From the IMG/VR virus record IMGVR_UViG_3300048839_000639, positions 1-56,793 of that record: a DNA stretch of 56,793 bases; one strand, 5' to 3'. Made by a program: the position numbers and the translations under genes. How positions within the stretch are numbered: the first letter of the stretch is position 1; every line of letters starts with the position of its first letter. Positions 8,628-16,991 of this stretch are shown here, in pieces. Source of the stretch: a virus. Taxonomy: Duplodnaviria; Caudoviricetes. Below the pieces are notes generated by a model. That model saw only the letters and a program-made list of their open reading frames with translations. It was not told the origin of the DNA and made no database searches.

Positions 8628-8740
8628 TGGTTTCTCCTGCCGGCACCTGCCGGCTGAATCAAATCTGATGTGCACATGCTCATCAGTCCCGCTGCGCGGG
8701 AGACACCCCCACCGCGAGGGTGGGGATGTTTCGCTGTGCA

Positions 8741-9067
8741 CTATCGGATGATCGTGAGGCCGCCCTGACCGTGGCTGCGCTTTGCGCCGGTGCGCCCCAC
8801 GTAGATTTCGAACGCGCCATTCGCCCTGCGGTTGGCTTCCGCGTAGGTGATCTGCGCATTACCGAAATAGCAGTTGGCGACAAACCCATCGCGGCTATAG
8901 CGGCGGATGCGGTCAGCAGTGGGGTTTTCGTCGATTGCCGCAAGGAGCTTGTCGATGTCGCTGTTGTAAAGCACGCGCGTGCGTGCGCGGCCCTCGATGG
9001 CATCAGCGGCATTGCGAAGGGTGGTCTTGATGTCGGACTGGTCGGTATTCGGAGTGTAGGTAATCAT
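8741..9067 (-). CDS. Hypothetical protein, first gene of the leftward operon
   Basis: GAGG SD; downstream of a strong promoter. Confidence 0.75.
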   Translation of the reverse strand: MITYTPNTDQSDIKTTLRNAADAIEGRARTRVLYNSDIDKLLAAIDENPTADRIRRYSRDGFVANCYFGNAQITYAEANRRANGAFEIYVGRTGAKRSHGQGGLTIIR

Positions 9068-9132
9068 TTGTCGTTTCCTCGTTCACTTGAACTTTGGTAG
9101 CTCGCACACTTGTGCTTGCCGTCGATAGATGT

Positions 9133-9161
9133 ATGGTAACACCATAGTAATACCGTGTCAA
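9133..9161 (-). promoter_or_regulatory. Strong sigma70-type promoter
   Basis: TTGACA-17 bp-TACCAT on the minus strand. Confidence 0.75.
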
Positions 9162-9313
9162 GGGGTGGAAGGGATGAATTTTGAATCATCCAATGATTGA
9201 GTGAAAACCGCCCAAAATCCGCGCCTCGGTCACTCGCACGAGGAAACACCCGCACGAGCGTGCAAACGCCACGCCCTGCGCGCCCCTGTGCGCGCGCAGC
9301 GGTATGATTCCGG

Positions 9314-9395
9314 TGTCGCCGCAGCGAGGGCGGATCGCAACTAGGGCGTTTATTGCGCGTCGGGCCAGTAGGATGCACCCGACCGGCGGCAACCA
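9314..9395 (+). ncRNA. tRNA-like small RNA ending in ACCA
   Basis: TGTCGCCG/CGGCGGCA closing stem plus ACCA, GCGA/TCGC arm with GG loop, GTCGGG/CCCGAC arm; starts 5 nt after TATGAT. Confidence 0.5.
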
Positions 9396-9495
9396 ACGAC
9401 CATCGGCTCCAACGCGCGAGACGGCGCTGAAATGCCGGTGCAGGGCAACCTGTGCGCCGCCGGCCTTCGGTCCAAACAGGCACACCAAACGGGCA

Positions 9496-9578
9496 TATAA
9501 TGCCCACAACGAAATAGCCAGCCAGCGATTACGCGGCGGCAATCTATCTCCGATAGGTTGCCGCCGCGTTTGCGTTTT
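9496..9578 (+). promoter_or_regulatory. -10 box followed by long leader hairpin and T-rich tract
   Basis: TATAAT at 9496; hairpin 9531-9569 (ACGCGGCGGCAATCTATC/GATAGGTTGCCGCCGCGT). Confidence 0.55.
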
Positions 9579-9583
9579 CCGCC

Positions 9584-9829
9584 ATGTCACCACAGGCAAA
9601 AGTCTTTCATGTCGTGTCCGTGAAGCTCCTGGTCGAGTCCACAAAGGACGGTGACGGCACTGCGGCTTACGAGCAAACGCTGGTTGCGCTTGAAGCCGCG
9701 CGCGGCCTGATTGCGCACGTCACAGGACGGGAAGTGCGCACGAAGGCGGCGATTTTGGAGCCGATTCGACTGATCGAACTGGCCCACGAGGAACAACCTC
9801 AAGAGGAAACAACCGATGACCGCAAGTGA
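9584..9829 (+). CDS. Hypothetical protein
   Basis: First ORF of the rightward cluster; overlaps the holin start. Confidence 0.6.
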   Translation: MSPQAKVFHVVSVKLLVESTKDGDGTAAYEQTLVALEAARGLIAHVTGREVRTKAAILEPIRLIELAHEEQPQEETTDDRK

Positions 9830-10106
9830 ACTTTCCGCACTGGCCGGCGTGATCCTGTCGCTGGCCTTCTCCTATGTCCCTGGCCTCAGTGCGTGGTTTG
9901 GCGACAAAGAGCCGACGGTGAAGCGCCTCATCATGGCCGGCGTGCTGCTGGTGGCCGTGGCTGCAATCTTCGGCCTGAGCTGCGCCGGCGTGCTCACCGC
10001 AGCGACCTGCGACCAGCCTGGTGCGGTGGGCCTCGCTGCCGCTTTTCTGTCTGCACTCGTTGCCAATCAGGCAACGTATCTCATCAGTCCGAGGCCGGCT
10101 GAGTGA
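9816..10106 (+). CDS. Holin-like membrane protein (3 TM)
   Basis: 96 aa with three hydrophobic helices, ending LVANQATY. Confidence 0.7.
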   Translation: MTASELSALAGVILSLAFSYVPGLSAWFGDKEPTVKRLIMAGVLLVAVAAIFGLSCAGVLTAATCDQPGAVGLAAAFLSALVANQATYLISPRPAE

Positions 10107-10405
10107 ATCCAGAGCGTGAAGGGCAGGTCACTCTAATGGATCAATACGCAGGTGCTTTTCTGGACATCGTTCGGCTGGTGCTGGTGGCCGTGGCCGCGTC
10201 GTTCGGCTCAACCGCTGCGCTCGTGCGGCATTTTGGCCGGCGCGAGGACATCGACCGCGCGGAAATAACGCGGCTGAAAGAAAACGAGGCGCGTCAAGAC
10301 CGCAAGATCGAGGATTTGCAGATTCAGGTCAAGACACTCACCGAATTTATGCGCTCGTCAGGGCATGACCCAAACCTCTACAGCGCCGCCCCACAAACCG
10401 GCTAG
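10103..10405 (+). CDS. Single-TM plus coiled-coil protein (holin/antiholin-like)
   Basis: N-terminal TM then heptad-like EITRLKENEARQDRKIEDLQIQVKTL. Confidence 0.65.
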   Translation: MNPEREGQVTLMDQYAGAFLDIVRLVLVAVAASFGSTAALVRHFGRREDIDRAEITRLKENEARQDRKIEDLQIQVKTLTEFMRSSGHDPNLYSAAPQTG

Positions 10406-10434
10406 GCGGCGCCGGACACATTCGTGAAACGCTG

Positions 10435-10632
10435 TTGGGCCGGCTTTTGAATGAGTTTGACAACAACGAAATCGACGACTTGCGATTGAAACTTGGATGG
10501 CGACAAGACGAACTTTGGAGCGACGGCGCAACCCTCGACGAACGGGCGCGCGCGCTGGTGGAAGCCTGCACGCGGCACGGCTCGCTCGGCTCGCTGCTGC
10601 GGCTGGTCGAGTTGTCGCGCCCTTCGTCGTGA
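10435..10632 (+). CDS. Effector-associated domain (EAD, Death-like) protein; possibly the -1 frame extension of 10103
   Basis: LLNEFDNNEIDDLRLKLG...L.....LDERARALVEACTRHGSLGSLL......RP matches the EAD helical pattern; no SD; frame is open from 10369. Confidence 0.65.
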   Translation: MGRLLNEFDNNEIDDLRLKLGWRQDELWSDGATLDERARALVEACTRHGSLGSLLRLVELSRPSS

Positions 10633-10814
10633 TGGCGCTGCTGGCGCTGCTGGCCGGCGTGATGGTGCTGATGATCGCGCGCGCCGGCGATGCCTGGTGC
10701 AGCGCGGCCATCCGCTGGCATGAGCCGCATCCGCAATCTAACTACCGCATCCCGTATCGCCCCTGTGAGGCGAACGGGTGGGGCAATGAATGGGAAATCG
10801 CCGGCATTCCATAG
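10632..10814 (+). CDS. Small exported/membrane-anchored protein
   Basis: Hydrophobic N-terminus and two Cys; TGATG overlap. Confidence 0.5.
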   Translation: MALLALLAGVMVLMIARAGDAWCSAAIRWHEPHPQSNYRIPYRPCEANGWGNEWEIAGIP

Positions 10815-10828
10815 CCGGCAGGAGAAAC

Positions 10829-12043
10829 ATGAACAACAAAGCTCGACACATTTCTGTTTTGATTCTGGCCGTGGCAATGCTCGCCACGCTGCCGGCCAGC
10901 GCGCAGGTGCCGAACGGCTATGACCCGCGCTTCGACATCAACGGCGACAACGTGATGGACATCCGCGACGTGACGATGCTCAGCACCGTCATTCAGGCCA
11001 ACTACGGCGCAACGAACAACACCGCGCCGGCCACGGCCACGCCGGTGGTCACCTCGACAGCCACCGCAACCCCTGCGCCGGCATCCACGGCGACGCCGGC
11101 GCCGACGGCAACGCCTGGGCACGATCACACCGCGCTCAATCGCTGCGGCGTGCCAATCGACCAGTGGTGGACGGCCACGGAGCCGAACGGCTGCGAGAAC
11201 GGCAGCGAGCGCGGCGACGCGCCGCCCACATGGGTAAAGGCATATGAAACGCAGCGCGGACGCACGTTCTCCATGCACGGCCCCAACCTCACCAGCGCGT
11301 CCGAGGCGTCCATGAAATTCATGGTCATGAAAGGCTATGGCTTCACTGTGCCGGTGGTCAGGCCGCGCAATGTGAACGTCGATGTGTATTGCGTGGTGCA
11401 CGGCGGCAGCGTGCCGTTTGAGCGCGCGCAGAAGGTGCATAGCTGGCGCTGCTGGTTCCGTGAGGGTGACAACGGCAACATCTCGGCCATTCAGGGCTGG
11501 TATCGAGCCCCTGGGTTTGCGTTTGAGCGCATCGTCGGTTTCGACGGCACGCCCAACCGCAACAACTTCCCCATTATTTTTGCGCCGTCTCGCGCATCGG
11601 CGGCGGCCGGTGGTGGCGGCTGCGAGCAGTGGTATGTCGGCGCGGCCGGCAGCGAGCCGAACATTGAATTCGGCATCACGTTCTGCGGCACGGTGGCATT
11701 CTGGCAGCCCAACGAAACCGCGCTGGACTTCGACATGTCGAAGTGGGACTTGAGCGGCCACAGCGGCACGCGCAGGCGCATGGAAATCAGCTACTACAAA
11801 ACTACGCGCCCCGACAACCAGCGCACCGGCATCTACTGGGCCACGCAGGCCGGCGTCCCAGTGAGCGGCCCGAATGATCCGGCCTGCACCGGCTCAACCG
11901 TGATTGACGGCGTGAGTTACGCGACGTTGTGCCTGGAGCAGAACGTCAGCACGACCCTGCCGGAAATCTCGTTTGCTTCGACGAACGGGCGCAATGCCTT
12001 TGAGCGCGATTACCCATCTGATGGCGTTGTCGCACCCAACTGA
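10829..12043 (+). CDS. Secreted protein: signal peptide, dockerin/EF-hand-like motif, Pro/Thr linker, Cys-containing domain
   Basis: ASA-Q cleavage site; DINGDNVMDIRDV; TATPAP linker; GGAG SD. Confidence 0.8.
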   Translation: MNNKARHISVLILAVAMLATLPASAQVPNGYDPRFDINGDNVMDIRDVTMLSTVIQANYGATNNTAPATATPVVTSTATATPAPASTATPAPTATPGHDHTALNRCGVPIDQWWTATEPNGCENGSERGDAPPTWVKAYETQRGRTFSMHGPNLTSASEASMKFMVMKGYGFTVPVVRPRNVNVDVYCVVHGGSVPFERAQKVHSWRCWFREGDNGNISAIQGWYRAPGFAFERIVGFDGTPNRNNFPIIFAPSRASAAAGGGGCEQWYVGAAGSEPNIEFGITFCGTVAFWQPNETALDFDMSKWDLSGHSGTRRRMEISYYKTTRPDNQRTGIYWATQAGVPVSGPNDPACTGSTVIDGVSYATLCLEQNVSTTLPEISFASTNGRNAFERDYPSDGVVAPN

Positions 12044-12113
12044 CCGCGCCGGACAAAACACAGTGACCCTGCCGGCGCGCACCCTGCGCGCCGGCTATTT
12101 GGAGGAATAACCC

Positions 12114-12749
12114 ATGATTAACGCAGACTTTCGACCGCGTGGCACGCTGATGGCGCGCCACATCAAGGCGCAGCGCGCGCCGCTTTCGTGGCGGCTGCGC
12201 AACATCCTGCGCTGGACCTACGTGTGGGGATTCATCGTGAACACCCTCGCACGGATTTTCAGCAAGATCACCGGCGCGGTGACGCTGACCAGCGAGCTGC
12301 GCGGACGGCTGCGCAAGGCAGACGGCCAGTGGATCGATTACGGCGTGCTCAGCCGGCGCGTGATTACGGATGCCGGCGTCACGTTCCTGCGCGACGACTT
12401 CAACAACAACGCGCAGGACATCACCACGCTCAACTTCCACGGCTGCGGCACCGGCACGACCGCCGAGGCCGCTGGACAGACCGCGCTCGTCACCGAATCG
12501 ACCACCGTCCTCAATCCAGACAGCACGCGCGCGACCGGCACGCGCTCGACGCCGGCGGCCAACCAGTTTCAAACCGTCGGCACGCTGACGTTCGACGCAT
12601 CGGCGGCCATCACCGAGCACGGCGTGTTTTCGCAGGCCGCGACCGGTGGCGGCACGTTGTGGGATCGCAGCGTATTCTCGGCCATCAACGTGGCATCGGG
12701 CGACTCGATCCAGTTCACCTACGTGCTGACCTTGACCGCCGGCGGCTAA
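12114..12749 (+). CDS. Probable virion structural protein (fibre base/accessory)
   Basis: ITEHGVF...GGTLWDRSVFSAINVASGDSIQFTY beta-rich motif typical of phage structural proteins. Confidence 0.7.
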   Translation: MINADFRPRGTLMARHIKAQRAPLSWRLRNILRWTYVWGFIVNTLARIFSKITGAVTLTSELRGRLRKADGQWIDYGVLSRRVITDAGVTFLRDDFNNNAQDITTLNFHGCGTGTTAEAAGQTALVTESTTVLNPDSTRATGTRSTPAANQFQTVGTLTFDASAAITEHGVFSQAATGGGTLWDRSVFSAINVASGDSIQFTYVLTLTAGG

Positions 12750-12771
12750 CCCCTGCCGGCGCGAGCCGCAA

Positions 12772-14655
12772 ATGGCAAGCATCTTTTCTGACGGCTTTGA
12801 ATCGGGCGACTTCTCCGCATGGTCATGGACGACCGTGAACGGCACAGGCGCGTCCGTGGCTGTCAGCAACACCGCAGAGCGCACCGGCACATACGGCTTT
12901 ATTGCCGAGGGCGCGACAGGCGCCCAAAGCTGGAATGCATATGCGGTCAAGTCGTTCACCGCGCCGGCATCCAACGTCATTCACGCGCGTTTCTGGTTCA
13001 ACATTCAGGCCGCGTCATCGGGCGGCGGCCTGCGCGTATTCCGGTTGAATGGCAGTGGCTTGTTCAATCTGTTTCGCCTGCTCGACTACTATGGCACATG
13101 GCGCATTGCACTGCGCAAGCGCGACGGCAACAACGAGAAGATTGACCTTTCCGGAGGCATTCCCACGGCGCAGTGGGTGAAGGTCGATGTGCTGTATGAC
13201 ATCTCTGGCACAAACCCTGTGCTAAAGGTGTGGGTTGACGGCACAGAGAAGGTGAATTTCACCGACACGACGAGCGGCACGACAGCCATGCCAAATGAGA
13301 TGCAACTTGGCGGCGCAGAGGAGGCATGGACGCAAACAGCGACACTGTGGTTTGATGATCTTGATGCGTGGGATGACGCATCAAACGTCCCTGGCAGTTC
13401 GCAGCAGTTCAACCAGAGCATTGCCGGATCGCTCACTTCTGCCGGCAGTATCGCGCGGCGCACGGGCAAACGGCCTGCCGGATCGCTCACTTCTGCCGGC
13501 GCCATTACACGGCGCGCCGGCAAACGCGCCACGGGTGGACTTACCAGCGCCGGCAGCATCGTGCGGCGCGCCGGCAAACGCGCCACGGGTGGACTTACCA
13601 GCGCCGGCACCCTCAGCAAACAAACGCGCACAACGAAGGCCGGCTCGCTCACCAGCAGCGGCGCCTTGTCGGTGGTGCGCGCATTCCTGATGGCACTGGC
13701 CGGCAGCCTCTCGGCGGCCGGTGTCCTGCTTAAGCAGACCGTCAAGCCGGCGTCGGGATCGCTCACGGGCGCCGGCAGCATCAGCAAACAGACGCGCACA
13801 ACGAAGGCCGGCACACTCACCAGCGCCGGCACCTTGTCGGTGGTGCGTGCATTCCTGATGGCACTGGCCGGCGCGCTTGCCACCGCCGGCGCACTGGTCA
13901 AGCAAACGCGCACGACTGAGGCGGGATCACTCACCAGCGTCGGCACCCTCAGCAAACAAACGCGCACAACGAAGGCCGGCACGCTCACGAGCGCCGGCAC
14001 CCTGGCCGTGATTCGGACGTTTCTCAGGGCGCTTGCTGGCACGCTTGCAGCGGCTGGCAGTCTCGCGCGGCAGACCGTCAAGCGGCCAGCCGGCACACTC
14101 ACCGCAGCCGGCACCCTCAGCAAACAAACGCGCACGGCGAAGGCTGGCACGCTCACGAGCGCCGGCACCCTGGCCGTGATTCGGACGTTTCTCAGGGCGC
14201 TTGCTGGCACGCTTGCAGCGGCTGGCAGTCTCGCGCGGCAAACGCGCACGGTTGAAGGCGGGGCGCTTGCAAGCAGTGGCACGGTTTCACGGCAAACACG
14301 CGCGACGAAGGCCGGCGCGCTCACCCTGGCCGGTGGGGTGGTGAAGCGCATCGGCGTGAGTGCTGCGGGTGTGCTCGACAGCGCCGGCGCGATCACCAAG
14401 CGGGTGGCTGTTGGACTCGGCAGCGCGCTCACCCTGGCCGGCGATCTGGCAAAGCAGACTCGCGTAAGGGCCGCGGGTGTGCTGGCGAGTGCCGGCGCGA
14501 TCACCAAGCGGGTGGGCATCCGGCTCGGCGGCACGCTGGCGAGCGCCGGCGCTGCGGTCATTCAACTGGCGCGCGCGCTCCTGATCGACTTTCGCATGAA
14601 GGGCGACGATGCCATGCAGATGCGCGACGATGACGACGAAATGAGGATGGAGTAA
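12772..14655 (+). CDS. Fibre-like protein: N-terminal lectin/jelly-roll-like domain and long repeat shaft
   Basis: IFSDGFESGDFSAW...LWFDD domain followed by about 21 repeats of 18-20 aa. Confidence 0.75.
   Translation: MASIFSDGFESGDFSAWSWTTVNGTGASVAVSNTAERTGTYGFIAEGATGAQSWNAYAVKSFTAPASNVIHARFWFNIQAASSGGGLRVFRLNGSGLFNLFRLLDYYGTWRIALRKRDGNNEKIDLSGGIPTAQWVKVDVLYDISGTNPVLKVWVDGTEKVNFTDTTSGTTAMPNEMQLGGAEEAWTQTATLWFDDLDAWDDASNVPGSSQQFNQSIAGSLTSAGSIARRTGKRPAGSLTSAGAITRRAGKRATGGLTSAGSIVRRAGKRATGGLTSAGTLSKQTRTTKAGSLTSSGALSVVRAFLMALAGSLSAAGVLLKQTVKPASGSLTGAGSISKQTRTTKAGTLTSAGTLSVVRAFLMALAGALATAGALVKQTRTTEAGSLTSVGTLSKQTRTTKAGTLTSAGTLAVIRTFLRALAGTLAAAGSLARQTVKRPAGTLTAAGTLSKQTRTAKAGTLTSAGTLAVIRTFLRALAGTLAAAGSLARQTRTVEGGALASSGTVSRQTRATKAGALTLAGGVVKRIGVSAAGVLDSAGAITKRVAVGLGSALTLAGDLAKQTRVRAAGVLASAGAITKRVGIRLGGTLASAGAAVIQLARALLIDFRMKGDDAMQMRDDDDEMRME
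13423..14560 (+). repeat. Coding tandem repeats of 54/60 bp with a 168-bp higher-order unit
   Basis: AGSLTSAG...K units; pattern 18+18+20 aa repeated. Confidence 0.85.
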
Positions 14656-14671
14656 GGACGGAGAAGGACGG

Positions 14672-14980
14672 ATGAACAAACGCGAACTTGCCAACAGCCC
14701 AGTGGCGCAGTCGGTGCGCGAGAAACGCGCGCGCAGGATCGAGCTTCAAGCCGGCCTCGGCGCCGGCAGTCCATCGGTCAAGGTGTTCGACGAACTCACA
14801 GGGGTGGACATCAGCGCGGTCGCCGGCGTGCTCACCGGCGCGGCCTCGATCACAGACGATGTGTTTACCACGCCTCAGATTCAGCCGTCCACGGCGTGGC
14901 GGTCGTATCGCGTGGAGTGCTGGTTTACCGTCGGCTCTGAGCAGTGGATTCGCTACTTTCGCCTGATCGCCGAGGCGTGA
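14672..14980 (+). CDS. Hypothetical (fibre adaptor-like) protein
   Basis: Follows the fibre gene; beta-rich. Confidence 0.6.
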   Translation: MNKRELANSPVAQSVREKRARRIELQAGLGAGSPSVKVFDELTGVDISAVAGVLTGAASITDDVFTTPQIQPSTAWRSYRVECWFTVGSEQWIRYFRLIAEA

Positions 14981-15214
14981 ATGGATGCGTGAACGGATGC
15001 GTGAGACGATGAAAAGGCGGCGGGGTGTGTGCAGTGCGGTGCGCGTTGGCGGGAATCTCCTCGGCATGGTGGGCGAGCTTTCAGGCAGTCCACCATCGCA
15101 CCTCCCGCCAATCCGCCCAACAGTCACACCCCACAGCCGGCCACATGGACGCGATCACGCGCAACAATATTGTATACGTGTATACGATTTTATGGTTAAC
15201 GGGAGGGCAGACCT

Positions 15215-15451
15215 GTGTTAATCCAGACTGAGCCAGACGGCACGATCACGTTTCTTTCGCCGCGCACAAAGCGCGTGCTTTTCAAGATGCGTGACGGGCA
15301 GCTCATCATCCGCGAACGGGCGGACGCATCGAGCGATGACTTTTGGTATATCCCTGTGCCGATGCTGGCACGGGCTGACGCGGTGGCGCGGCTCGGCCAT
15401 GATCCCGCTGCGCTTGAGGAGAGTCTAGGGGTTGTTGTGTGCCGGCCCTGA
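15215..15451 (+). CDS. Hypothetical protein
   Basis: GGGAGG SD and GTG start. Confidence 0.6.
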   Translation: MLIQTEPDGTITFLSPRTKRVLFKMRDGQLIIRERADASSDDFWYIPVPMLARADAVARLGHDPAALEESLGVVVCRP

Positions 15452-15461
15452 CCGGCAGTCA

Positions 15462-15534
<73 letters not shown>

Positions 15535-15569
15535 TATTTTGTGTTTGCTCTCCGTATATACTTGCGCGC

Positions 15570-15773
15570 ATGTCTGAACTGAACACGCGCGCCGCCGAAC
15601 TGGTGGCGCGCGCAAAAATCAAGTCGCTGTGGACAGAATGGACAAGCGGCATCATCACTTCCGCCGATGCCAGGCAGCGCGTGAAGGAAATGAAAAACAG
15701 CCCGCAAGGCATCCCTGACGCCGTGCGGGCTGAGTTTGACGAACTGGATCGCGCTGTTTCAAGCGCCGTCTAG
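15570..15773 (+). CDS. Hypothetical protein, probably leaderless
   Basis: TATACT 7 nt before the ATG. Confidence 0.6.
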   Translation: MSELNTRAAELVARAKIKSLWTEWTSGIITSADARQRVKEMKNSPQGIPDAVRAEFDELDRAVSSAV

Positions 15774-16030
15774 CCTTCCTCTTTGGTCTTCGCTGGATGC
15801 TTTTTGCGCCATCCGTGATAGGGCGCGTTTGGCTTCTCCTTCGGGCCGCGCTTGTCGTGAACGGCAAACTGCTTCAGGTCGGCTTCCGCAAAGCGATGCT
15901 CCCGCCCGACCTTGACCCCGATGCTTTTGCGGCGCGCAAACGCGCGCACCGCCTGCTCCTGCTTGCCCAGCTTGCGGGCCACGTCGCCCACGCTGTAGGG
16001 GTATGCGCACATGAAATCCTGAATGTCCAT
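15770..16030 (-). CDS. Excisionase/MerR-like HTH protein
   Basis: YSVGDVARKLGKQEQAVRAFAR...GVKVGREHRFAEADL; TACAAT 7 nt before the ATG. Confidence 0.75.
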   Translation of the reverse strand: MDIQDFMCAYPYSVGDVARKLGKQEQAVRAFARRKSIGVKVGREHRFAEADLKQFAVHDKRGPKEKPNAPYHGWRKKHPAKTKEEG

Positions 16031-16061
16031 GCGCCGGATTGTATCACCGCAATACAAAACA

Positions 16062-16949
16062 CTAGAAAGGCGGATCATTGAGCACCTCCAGGGTGAACAA
16101 GGCCGGCTGTAAAACGGGTTGCAAAACAGGTTGCGCCACGGGCGCCGGCGTTGCCACTGCATCAATGCCTGCGCGGGCGGCGTCCGGCGCCGGCGCGCCA
16201 CTGAATGGGAAGGGCTTGACCATCCACGGCGCAAACAGATAGCCATTGACCAGCGCGGCTTTCACGCACACATCAAGGATGTCCTGCCCGTAAAGGCAGT
16301 AGGAATGATTACTGGCGTGCAGCAGCATGCGCCCCGTGCCCATTGCCGGATCGCTCACCGTCTTCCAGCGCGCGTCTTTCTGTGCATCTTCGTCGCCAAA
16401 CGTCATGCGCGTCATCATCTCCGCAACTGAATGCGGCGTGGGATAAAAGCCGGCGCGCCGGCCAATGGCGCACTCGGCCATCAGGTCGCCGAGGATGTCG
16501 TAAGGGTGAAGCATCGGCCAGGCCAGGTTGAAGGTTTGATACAGCCGCATGGACGCGCCTTTGCGCGGCTCTCGCGGCAGTTCTGACTGCGAGCTGTGGC
16601 CGAAGCCATAGAGCAGCCAGCGCAGGAAATAGTCGAGATGTTCCCAGCTTGACCAGCCCAGCCAGCCGCCATCGGCCACGAGGTCGAGGCACTTCTCGAT
16701 GTGCCTGCGGGCCAGCGCAACGCCGGCCATGTCGTCGCCAAAGTCTATGCGCGGGATGGGGCCGGCATCCCCGTCGGCGCCGGCTTCCATCACCGCGCAC
16801 CAGTGCGCCCAGCGCCCGTATCCCATCTCATCCACGCCGATGAGATAGGGCAGAAGCCAGCCGGCCTTGAGATCGCGCTGAAGCGACTCGTCGATTGCAT
16901 GGGGCTTGAGGGCGCGCAGCCGCGCGCGCATGTCGTAGAGTGTGCTCAT
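16062..16949 (-). CDS. N6-DNA methylase (HsdM-like SAM-binding) domain protein
   Basis: DILGDL...GFYPTP..VA..M...DPAMGTGRML...YGQDI motifs. Confidence 0.8.
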   Translation of the reverse strand: MSTLYDMRARLRALKPHAIDESLQRDLKAGWLLPYLIGVDEMGYGRWAHWCAVMEAGADGDAGPIPRIDFGDDMAGVALARRHIEKCLDLVADGGWLGWSSWEHLDYFLRWLLYGFGHSSQSELPREPRKGASMRLYQTFNLAWPMLHPYDILGDLMAECAIGRRAGFYPTPHSVAEMMTRMTFGDEDAQKDARWKTVSDPAMGTGRMLLHASNHSYCLYGQDILDVCVKAALVNGYLFAPWMVKPFPFSGAPAPDAARAGIDAVATPAPVAQPVLQPVLQPALFTLEVLNDPPF

Positions 16950-16950
16950 G

Positions 16951-16987
16951 GCAAAAAAGAGGACAAAAAAGAGGGTAAAAAAGAGGC
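16951..16987. repeat. Three tandem approximately 12-bp repeats (AAAAAAGAGG core)
   Basis: Directly visible between the glutaminase stop and the methylase start. Confidence 0.7.
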
Positions 16988-16991
16988 TGGG

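Noticed and set aside
10403-10405. Stop-codon read-through or genetic recoding
   Set aside because: The EAD-like ORF is in a different frame, and core genes are intact in the standard code with all three stops used
13423-14560. CRISPR-like or DGR repeat array
   Set aside because: The repeats are in-frame coding units with no unique spacers and no adenine-specific variation; no reverse transcriptase or cas gene is present
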